Shown here in pieces: positions 40,051 through 49,390 of a stretch of DNA of 64,000 bases. This DNA comes from Chlorokybus atmophyticus (taxonomy: Eukaryota; Plantae; Mesostigma and Chlorokybus algae). Numbering within the stretch: position 1 is the stretch's first letter; the number at the start of each line of letters is the position of its first letter. The stretch spans positions 196,606-260,605 of the forward strand of contig RHPI01001715.1 in the NCBI GenBank assembly GCA_009103225.1, written 5' to 3'. The notes beneath the pieces are model-generated. The model ran no database searches and was not told the origin of the DNA. It was given only the letters and a program-made list of their open reading frames with translations. The position numbers were made by a program, and so were the translations under genes.

Positions 40051-41801
40051 TTAAGCCTCATAGTACCATGACACAGGAGGGTAGTCACAGCGCATATCCA
40101 TTGTTTCAAGCATGAGACGCCGTATGCACTCCGCCATTGCGGGAGGAACTGCATTCGATATGGAAACGGCCGAGGTCATCCATGGCACTCCCAGCGCTGT
40201 TTGCCACGCAGCAATGCCGCCCCTGGTGCTTGGAAGGCCATAGATCGGGTACATCTGCTGTGGCGCAGTTGATGTCACGATTGTCTTCTTCGCGCTAGCG
40301 GACAAGTGCGGCGATAGCAGTCCAACTGCCTTGCCCGCGTGCGAGCAGCGTGCTGGTGGGGTAGCTACCACTGGCTGTGTCTCAAACAGACGGTGTCGGA
40401 AAGTTGATAGGCCAAACATCGTGCCACAAAGGGACAAATTGGGTCTGAATGAGGAAGCTGCTCCTGGCACATTCTCAATCACAAACTGGACCTGGCTTGC
40501 AAGCAGCAGACGTCGGACGAGCGGCATCATATCCTGGTGTCTCTAGGATGTGCCATGTGCCACCCGTTGAGGTGCCGGGATAGCACCTGAATAGGCCTGG
40601 CATGGTGGACTGGCCCAGATGAGCTCGTACTCGCTCAGCTCTCCTGCACTCAGGGTGCATACATCGCGGTGTATGAAGGGCAGCGGGTACTCAGAGGAGG
40701 GACTTATGTCCATCCCGGTCACGTCAAAGCCTGCGTGGTATAGACCGACACTGGCACCGCCACCGCCGCAGAATAGGTCGAGTGCCCTTGGTCTGCGTGT
40801 GCGTCCCAGCTTGTTGTCAAATGGCGTGTATGTGGTCAAGGCTGGCCGTGGTGCTGGCCAGGGACTAACAATGATGCCGTCCGGGCTTACTTTGCGACTG
40901 ACGTTCTCCCCTCCGGCGCGCAGAACATGGCGTGCCCCGTCAACTGATGTGTACGCGAATACGTTGTGCCCTTTGAAGTTGATGGTTTGTGGTCGATCAC
41001 CGTCATCGAATACTATACGGTGCTGCCCTGCAAAGACATTTTCCATTGCACCATGCATATATGATGCGTCCTCAATCTCGCACGCCACGAAGCGATGCTG
41101 ACCTGACGCTTGCTTGAATGATTCCACAACGCCCGCATACCATTCCCCATCCAGCGGCCAATGCACCATGACACTCACACCGATCAGCTGCTCGCATCCC
41201 AACTTAACTGCGTTCCGCAGCCGATGCAGTGCGCTGTCCAACGGTTGATGGTCTGCCTTCTCTACAGCGGCCAGGGGATGGAATTGCCCATGCCCACACC
41301 GTGCAAGACTGCTCTGAATGCGACAACAGCTTCAACATGCATGAAATAAGCATACGCCCAACATAACATGCAGTGATACGTCGCGGTCCACTCTTGTGGA
41401 TTACCTCCACAGCATCCACCACCTGTCCACTAACCACATGTCCCGGTGTTGTCCATGTGAAGAAGCGCATGGGTTCCGCTCGCCACTCGAAGCATGAGCG
41501 CGAGCACGATTCGCACACGCACGCAATGGAAAAACTCGGGTTCCTTGCACAGCACTTGGCCGAGGCGGCAGCCAAACACGTCGACATTGTGTGTGGTGTG
41601 ATGCCAGCAAGCAGCACTAAAACCGTGGCACACTGTCTGCACTCGCTGGCATTCGGTCAAGTGTGCTCGCATTTGCTGCCTACGGCCATTGGCACATACG
41701 TACGCATTGCATTGTGGGCACACCAAGCATGGTCTCCTAGGTGAGGGTGATTCAACTGCTGCCGCCGACATCTTGCAATAGGAATCGGCACGGCTGCCCA
41801 C
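40051..41801 (-). pseudogene. Tudor domain fused to a small phage/actinobacterial-type C5 DNA cytosine methyltransferase; one in-frame TAG
   Basis: Tudor: LIGVSVMVHWPLDGEWYAGVVESFKQASG|QHRIVFDDGD after removing a 75-nt intron at 41028-41102. MTase motifs: I RALDLFCGGGG, IV WASPPCQAYS, VI FVIENVPG, LCGTMFGL, VIII RHRLFE and X SNAVPPAMAE. TAG 40543-40545 is in frame with the downstream ORF. Exons upstream of about 41340 are uncertain. Confidence 0.85.
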
Positions 41802-41907
41802 AAACTGAGCGAGACTTTAGGGTATAGGCATCAATTGGGGGTTGCCAGCTTACGAACCCTAAATGGGTCAAACTTCAAGTGAAGCACGACTGTACCTTAT
41901 ACGCTAT

Positions 41908-41948
41908 TGCAGTACCATGCATGGTACTGCATCAACATGAATGGTACT
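41908..41948. promoter_or_regulatory. GTACCAT-GC-ATGGTAC palindrome upstream of the methyltransferase gene
   Basis: A perfect 24-bp palindrome TGCAGTACCATGCATGGTACTGCA (41908-41931) plus a half-site AATGGTAC at about 41940. Confidence 0.6.
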
Positions 41949-42122
41949 CCATCTGTTAATGGTGCTACAGTACAAGGATACTCGCATACTACCACGATCG
42001 TAGAGTAATACTGTGCTGTCATGCCATGGAACCCAGAGCGCTGTCCGAGTTTATTGCTGTCAACCACGCTCAAAACCAGCGAGGTATGCAAGCCATGCAC
42101 TGACTCATGCGCCGGGCAGTCA

Positions 42123-43019
42123 TCATACACATGTACAGCCAATGCTTCTAAAACAGCAGATATCTGGTGCACCATGCACCATGCTGCAACTATACATGTA
42201 CCTACATGGTTCACAAGCGTTCAACACAAAACTACAGAACATGCACAATTGGCATTTAGGCGGGGGCCAAATTACCGCCGACACGTTGGCGTCTTGCATC
42301 AGGCGTGGCGACCAAAACGGGTGAGGTTGCTTGCAGAATGGACACGCTTGTAGATTCTTTGATTTATTTGCCACAGTCTTCTGATGTGCTATGATGCAGA
42401 CATGGCACATCGCTTTCTTGCAACAGGGCGTCTCCCCATCCGCTGGGGGGGGTGGCTCTTCAATGCGACAAATCAGCACACATGGTGCACGCGGGTGTGC
42501 AAGCTGCCTCTGCCACCAAACTCTGTTATCGCGTCGCAGGCGTAGCGACTCCCATCTGAATGGCGCAGCATAACGCTCCACTGCCTGCTCGATCACCTGA
42601 CGCCCATCTGCCGCCATACACCACCTGCTGGTCTTGGTGGTCTCGTCCAGCATGCGTTCATCCAGGCCCTCGACATGGCTGTCGTCACTCGTGTACTCCC
42701 CCGCATCGTCATTTTCTTCGAGCTTCCACAGAATCAGCTCGACGTGCCGTATGACATACAGCCACTGCCAGCCAAAGCATGCCAAATACAGCTCGAATGG
42801 TTTTACTTACCACCCAGTATGTTTGCTCAGGTAGTGGCACACATCTCGACCCGCATCAGTCGACATCGACAGGTACATCTGCTGCAGCAGGTCGAAGTTC
42901 TGCTCCGCGGATAGCTCTTGCACATTGCCGGGGTGCTGCGGCAGCAACAACACCATCATATCGAGGACGGCGAGGGGCAACAACGTACTACGGATGGCCA
43001 TATCGTGTATGGGTTCCAA
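42123..43019 (-). CDS. RING-type zinc-finger ORF (element cargo; probably the 3' part of the OTU gene)
   Basis: CVLICRIEEPPPPADGETPCCKKAMCHVCII...ACPFCK shows RING-like Cys spacing. An upstream exon ends KHTGW at a GTAAGT donor. Confidence 0.6.
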
Positions 43020-43428
43020 TCACGGCCAATCCCCAGAGGTCTGTTTAGACCGCATTCTCCGCGTTTGCTCCCACTTATTGCAAACTTTCGTCACCCACCT
43101 CGAGGCATGCCGCATGCGGTGATGCAGCGCGTCTTGAGCGCTGTAGGGTGATCAACTCCTTTGCACTACGAGTCAGCCCCTCAAAGCGTCTGCGCGTCGG
43201 TGCTTTTGAGCTTAGGCAGCTCGTGCCGCTCCGGCTGTCTCTCTGGACAATGCTGAGCAGCCACTTGACGCTGTAAACCAAATGTACTTACTGTGCCTAC
43301 TGTGCCTACTCAGAACACACAGTCAGCCCCAGTGAGGCTTCGAGGCGCTGTGCTTCTTTCAACGTTGTAAAGATGCCTCACCTTTCCTTTTTTGGTCATG
43401 TCAGCGTCCTTTGTGACAACAACCTTCC

Positions 43429-44808
43429 TTATTTTTTGTCAACCTGCACATCCTGGCAGGCGCTCTCCGTGGCACTGTTACTCAGAGGAGGTAAGGCGTT
43501 ATCTTCTTGCTCCACAGCCTTGCGCTTGTTGGTTGCCTCCCGTTCCTCCACGACCTCATGTTGCTTCATGAGGTCGAGCATGAAGCCTTTGTCTTTCAGC
43601 GCAGCTTTCAGAACACCTCGATCAATCTCTTTACCAACAAGACAGGCTGGGATCAATGTGGCAAGCTTAGTGGGAGAGGGCGAGCTACAGCTGCTTCTTG
43701 ATGGAGCTGCCTCCGGATGGTCAGAGTGCGGTGGCAAGTGAGTCTCCGCGGCAGGAAGGGAGGGTGCTGAATTGTTATTGCGAGCATGTGGCTGTGGTTG
43801 AGGGGAGGCAGGATGTGCAGAACACTCGGCTACTTCTTGCCTAGCACACAAAGGCGAGGCCTGAGGCATTGGCGCAGCACTTTGGGTCACAACCGGTGGT
43901 AGCGGGGAATTGGCAACGCCATTCCGCCACTCTCCGATCAGGTGTGTTACCTCCGGTGGCACTTCATGCATAGGCCACGACCACTGTTTGGTGCTTGCAG
44001 GCTTAAGGAGCCAACAGTGTCATTCTTGCTCATTAGGAGCAGTGTTGCCTACCACCAGGACTGAGTTGGGGGCTTTTTTATTTCCAACCCAAACTGCGCT
44101 GCCGGGCCGTGGCACCCACTCCCCATGCTCGCGCTGAACGGTCACGCAGCCAATTAACAAGCCCAGCTTGTTGGCAAACATGGTCATCTGCAGGTGCTCG
44201 ACGTACACATCTTTTCTCCGCACGATCTGTCGCACCTTGGCCATGGCTAGGTTAATGTTGCAATTGACATCAGCCAACATGGTCGCAGGCAGTTTGTCGT
44301 AATACTGCGCTATCTCTCCCGCGGCACCAGTGGCTCTGCAGAAGTCTAAGATTCTGCTCGCCACGCGTGCATCGACAGCCTTGGCGGTGACTTTGCGGAG
44401 AGTGTCCCCCCTGCCGTCGTCGCCCATAGTGTCCAGCATGGCCCAAAATTTGCTCGAGCTGGGGCACTTGTGATCATCCAGGACACTATGCGCTATGGAT
44501 GGCCTGGCGCGAAATACACAATGGTAGAAACAATTACCATCCGTCGGCGTATTGAAGTGGTCCCATGAGGCGAGCTGGCCACCTAGCATAACTGATGGCC
44601 GTATGCGGGTTGCGGCCAGCTCCTCTAATGACTCGCTGGCAGGTGGTGACCCCTGCTGCATGCGCATACAGCACTCAAATGGTGTGTCCAACCGTGGACG
44701 GCAAGAGTCACAGTGACTGATAAAGTACCTGAGTTTGGGGCAGACTGCCGGCTTCAACTTGCAGCGGGTGGGGTAAGGTAGGTGCAGAAGCCACATCGGT
44801 TGTTGCAT
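43429..44808 (-). pseudogene. OTU-like cysteine protease/deubiquitinase domain plus Pro-rich linker; in-frame TGA
   Basis: Catalytic-type motif TPTDGNCFYHCV and helix YVEHLQMTMFANKLGLLIGCV. TGA 44020-44022 is followed in frame by HCWLL (putative catalytic His) and by ORF 43429-43971. Confidence 0.65.
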
Positions 44809-45589
44809 TGTGCTGTGGTCTCACCGGTGGCGGCAAGAAAGATTGTTGCCCCGCAACCATCGGTGCTGCTCGTGGAGGAGATGGCAGTGCATTAAGGATC
44901 GGTGCCGCGGAAGGTGGTTGCGCTCTGGATCACAGACTCGTCACGGAGCTCGTGAGCCATGGGCACATCATGCGCCACTGCCCCAATGGACATGTCGGGA
45001 TTCAACAGGCCAACATGCATGTTAAACTGATGCCGCATTGCCGCCACGCCCATCAGCAAGTGGGATTGAAGGACCAGTTGATGGGATTGAATCCAGGCTT
45101 GCATAAGAGCTCCAGCAGGACCTAGTGCACTGTGGTGCTGTCAACCAATCACATGTGGGTTAGCTGCATGCTTGCGACACTGCAATTGCAATAGTCAACT
45201 GCATCACACCGTCATCTGTTGGTTGCTTCGAACAGTCACCTGCGGCATTGCTGGTTGATGCACGAATGATTGCATGGTCTGCGTCATTGCTGGTTGATGC
45301 ACTATGGGTTGAATGCCGGACGAATGGCCACGCGCTCCTGTGCTCAAACCTAGCCTACTTCGTTCGTCACGCGCGCGCGACTTCGCACGCTCACGCACAT
45401 CTTAGCATGCAAAGGTAGGCATGCATTGGAGGTGCATGCAGTCAACATGCACAGCGAGATTGGCAACAACATACCGCCGCCCAGCTCTGTCTATCTGCTC
45501 TGGCTTCCGCAATGTCGGCTTGACTGTAGGGTGGGTATGGGTGAATAGTGGAGGCCTGCAGCCACGCTACATATATCACATGGACTGCG

Positions 45590-45925
45590 CTAAAAAACCA
45601 ATTGCTCTTGCAAGGAAAAGCATGTGACTATTGAGCGTACCGCTGCATTCCTTTGTGCTTGTTCCCACACCCGCAAATGGTCCCGCATGGTTCTAACAAG
45701 GGGCTCCAAGGACTGCAGCTCCTGACCCACTTCTTGTTGCAGAAAGCGAGCCACCAAGCAGCTCTCTGTGTGAAGATGGTCTTTAATGGCTTGCCTGCTG
45801 GTTTGTCCAATGTTGGTGATGCATGTTGGACAGCCCCATTGCTGACGCCTGCCATGATCCATGACGTGGCGCCCGGTAGTAGCTGGCTTCGCTGCTTGAA
45901 CTCTTACGACCACAACTTCTCGCAA
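45590..45925 (-). CDS. Putative zinc-finger-containing 5' exon of the OTU/RING gene
   Basis: WGCPTCITNIGQTSRQAIKDHLHTESC has C2HC-like spacing. Its linkage to the downstream exons is not established. Confidence 0.3.
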   Translation of the reverse strand: MREVVVVRVQAAKPATTGRHVMDHGRRQQWGCPTCITNIGQTSRQAIKDHLHTESCLVARFLQQEVGQELQSLEPLVRTMRDHLRVWEQAQRNAAVRSIVTCFSLQEQLVF

Positions 45926-45934
45926 GATGTGCCA

Positions 45935-45966
<32 letters not shown>

Positions 45967-46123
45967 ACTCCTGGTCCTCCGCCTCCTAGTCGAACCCAGG
46001 CCCACTATGCTTGACATTCGACCCGTCATCGACCTGGTGCCCCTGCGTGCCATCGTCCGGCCATCAATGAAGCGTGTTTGGGTGAGTGCACGCTAAATCC
46101 CATTTGGGCTGATCGAGCAATGC

Positions 46124-46278
46124 CTCTGTCGTACCATGAATGGTACGACAGAGCCATGGTATGGCAATGGCTAGGGTTGGACGAGAGATGCCTCTGTCGT
46201 ACCATAAATGTTACGACACATCCTTGTTACCAATGGTTGTACGAAGCATGGATGGCACGAAAGCATAAGTCGTACCAT
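46124..46278. promoter_or_regulatory. Cluster of GTACCAT/ATGGTAC sites in a divergent intergenic region
   Basis: A perfect inverted repeat CTCTGTCGTACCAT-GA-ATGGTACGACAGAG (46124-46153), an imperfect copy at about 46190-46218 and a half-site at about 46270. Confidence 0.6.
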
Positions 46279-46459
46279 CATCCACAGGAGCAAGGCTGCA
46301 CTACAAGTGCGACTCTAGTGCGGGACACTAAACGTTTGAACCGCCTCATTTTCGTTTTCGCGCCTCGTACATTCGGGCGGGCCAACCGGCGGCGACAGCG
46401 TTGGAGGCGGCAGCGCCACTATCAGCTAAACAGGCGGCACCCGACTATCAGTTAAAAAG

Positions 46460-48279
46460 ATGCCTCGTGGTCCATCCGTAGGTGCACCTCGTCGTGGAGG
46501 TCGGCGCCAGTTGTTCACATTGCCCGCAGTGTTCAACCAGGCAACCGTCGCCAACCAATCGCAGCAAGACCCCGCGCTAACGCCCAGCACATCACAACAA
46601 CTCCACCTGACACCGCAGTCGCAAGGGCAAGCTCGACGGCATGCGTTCTTGATGCACTGTGCACGTTGCTTCTTGCTCAACTACTAACTTGGATGCTTGC
46701 TTCTTTCATAACTGGCATAGTGACTCACTGCGTGCTTTCTGGATACACTGTGCACGTTGTTCTTCTTTCGCAACTATGAGGGTTGCATCTTTCATGGCTG
46801 GCAGCATGACTCATGTGGTTGTGCTTGCAGAGGGTCGATTGGAACCCCCAACCCAAACGCATTTGGCCGTGACGTGGCAACTTCGGCCGTCAGCAACCCT
46901 TCCCCAAGTAAGTGGAAGATTGGCAACGAGGTAAGCACTGTGTGACACTGTGACACTGTGTGTATGTGTGTAACGGATTGTTTTTGTGTGGACAGCATTT
47001 GCGAGATGCCGTCGTTGAAATCATAAACGGCCACTGGGTAGAGAGCCACGTTTATCCCAAAGAGGACACTATTCGTAATGTCATATGTCAGGTGCTGTGA
47101 ATGCTTCATGACCGCACTACACCGTGACACTGACAACCTGCCCGTGACAGGTAGTTGGCTTCGACCATGACGACGAGGCCGATGCGGCCAAGTTCTATGA
47201 GGTGTACTCGACTCCCAAGGAGTGCCCCTTCCACTAGAATGTCGCCTTGAAGAAAGCTACGCAGGTCCGGTCTGAGAACGTCACCAAGATCAAGCATATA
47301 CTTGAGAAGGAGTACAAGTGGACAATGTTTAACAGCAACAAGCGCAAGTGAGTTGGGTCCCTCACCACCATGTCTGCTATGCAACACTCTTACTCAGCCT
47401 CCATACACACGTACGCATCTCGCCTATCTTAACCGATTCAATCAGGCACATCGACGCCCTAATGGACCCCGAGACTTAAAGCCCAGATGCGCAACGCGCT
47501 CCAAAGTAAGTCACATGCACTATTTTAGCCTGGTGCAGGCTCAACTTGAACTATTTATATCGTGACTAATGCCTTGTTGGTATAACTGTCGCAGACAAGT
47601 CATGGCGGAGATTTGAGGTGACCGACAATGCAAACACGGAGCGGAGGAGATACATCTATGAATGGGGCAATCCCATAATCTGGCAAATGATCGTGCAATG
47701 CTGGTCTTACGCCGTCACTACACTTGGTCGCCGGCAGCTGACAGTCAACCACCTCGCATACCTGTTGCTTACAGTGAGCACTCTGAACTCCATCATTAGC
47801 AATTCAAGCATGCTGTAGCCCCAAACTACAGGCTTGCAGACGCGTTGCAGTGAATAGTGGCTTTTGATGCCACTAACACATGCCTGTAAACTACGCAGAT
47901 GGAGCGCATCCTAAAGGGCAAGGATGGAGACCCTCTCCTAGCTGCCAGCATCGACACACATGAAGAGTACCTCAGCGAAATCAACACCATGATCATGTCA
48001 ATGAAGCGGGAGATGAGGCAACGGTACGCAGCCCTCTAGCCATTCACCCTTGTGAAACGTCGCACTGCATCTTGTGTCGAATACCTAAAAGATCCCAATC
48101 GGCGCCGGCCGCAAGAGACAGCAGCTCGTGACCCACTCGCTGAGGCAGAAGCGGCATTTGATTGGCTGGCACAACCGTTTAAAGAGGAAGAGCAAGCTCC
48201 GGCATCTCCTCCACAGGCCCCAGCGCGTGGTGCTTTGTTCCATGATGACGAGCAAGGCAATGATGAAGAGGAGCTGTAG
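46460..48279 (+). pseudogene. Unknown multi-exon element ORF (possible accessory/TnpA-like protein) with three in-frame stops
   Basis: Exons SKWKIGNE|HLRDAVVEIINGHW...ICQ|VVGFDHDDEAD...NKR and a last exon MERILKGKDGD...DEEEL are joined over GT-AG introns. In-frame stops are TAG 47235, TAA 47477 and TAG 48037. Confidence 0.6.
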
Positions 48280-48622
48280 CGCAGCTGGTAGTCCGTTTAG
48301 CTGGTAGTGTACATAGCTACAAGGCTTTTGTGACTGAGTGTTGTGCATCTTAAACCAGCTCAGTCAATCGTCATTATGCTCATGCATGTCAATACTTGCA
48401 TCCCTATGATATACAACAGAACTGCATTCGAGTCACATCATCGAACTACAAGCCTTGACAAGTGACTGAGGAACAATGTACACATTTCAGGTACATGTAC
48501 ATTGTACAGGCACATAACAATGCTGGCAGTCAGTGACAGTCGCGTGTAGTCAAGATATGCAAATACATATGATGACAGTTAAGCATTAATCACCTTCAGT
48601 TGTTAAAGAATGCCTTATTTTG

Positions 48623-48993
48623 TCGATAATTACCTAGTTGGTGCTTGTGAACTAGGCTTGGTCGCCTGCGCTGGACTGGTGTGTAACCTGCAGGTGCCTG
48701 TCACATAGGCTGAGTCACCTAAGTAAGACTGATGTGTAATTTGCAAGTGCATGCTAATGAGGTGTAGTCGTCTGTTAACGCTTGATGTGTAACTTACAGG
48801 TGCCCGTTAATTAGTTGTAGTCACCTGTTAAGGCCTGATGTGTAACTAACAGGTGCCTGTTAAGTATCCAATGTCACCTGCTAAGGCCTGATAGGTAACT
48901 AACAGGCGCCTGTTAATTAGGCATAGTCAATAGTTAAAGACTGAATTGTAACGAAAAGGGCCTGATAGTAACGGAAGTTGTTTTCAGGTCCCT
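48623..48993. repeat. 53-bp tandem array (about 6-7 units) with palindromic core, candidate right subterminal repeat
   Basis: Units start at 48676, 48729, 48782, 48835, 48888 and 48941, with a degenerate one at 48623. The core is TAACAGG-N2-CCTGTTA. Confidence 0.9.
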
Positions 48994-49390
48994 GTATCGA
49001 GATTACAGGTGGACTGAGCCACGACAGTCTAGATTAGTATCCTCAGGTGCACGGTTGTTGCCAATATCTAGTCGGCTGGCAGGGAAAACGTATTGCGACG
49101 ATTGCAAATACTAAGACCTCAATTACTTCTTCGCGCAGTCTCCCACGAATGATGTTGCTGCCCTTCCCCGTGGCTGTCGCCGACATCAACGTCAATCCCA
49201 TTGCCCTCGGCATGACTCATCCAGCAGCGTCGGCGTCGTCCACCTCGTGCCGAGCTTTAAGCTATACCCCTTGCTCTTTAATTGTCACACACGCATGCAT
49301 GTTGGCATCGTGTGACTACTGCGGTGCTATCTGTGGCAATGCGTGCGACAAATCCACAGACATTGCATGGTGCAAGTGTCCGTGCGCACG

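Larger units (their letters stand above)
34906..49008. mobile_element. Composite Plavaka-type (CMC/EnSpm-related) DNA transposon with Tudor-C5-methyltransferase, OTU and RING cargo; boundaries approximate
   Basis: It contains a Plavaka transposase, four to five other non-host genes, a shared intergenic palindrome and repeat regions at both ends. A 9-bp direct repeat GTGGACTGA lies at 34897-34905 and 49009-49017. No clear TIR was found. Confidence 0.7.

Noticed and set aside
35983-48039. Alternative genetic code (TAA/TAG as Gln) or programmed readthrough in element genes
   Set aside because: The internal stops include TGA as well as TAG and TAA, and the same genes end with TAG, TAA or TGA. 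Nonsense mutation is more parsimonious.
48623-48993. CRISPR-like array
   Set aside because: The units are contiguous 53-bp repeats with no unique spacers, there are no cas genes, and the context is eukaryotic.
34906-49008. Endogenous giant virus or Polinton/virophage
   Set aside because: I saw no capsid, packaging ATPase, polB or integrase motifs. The genes have spliceosomal introns and the mobility gene is a Plavaka transposase.
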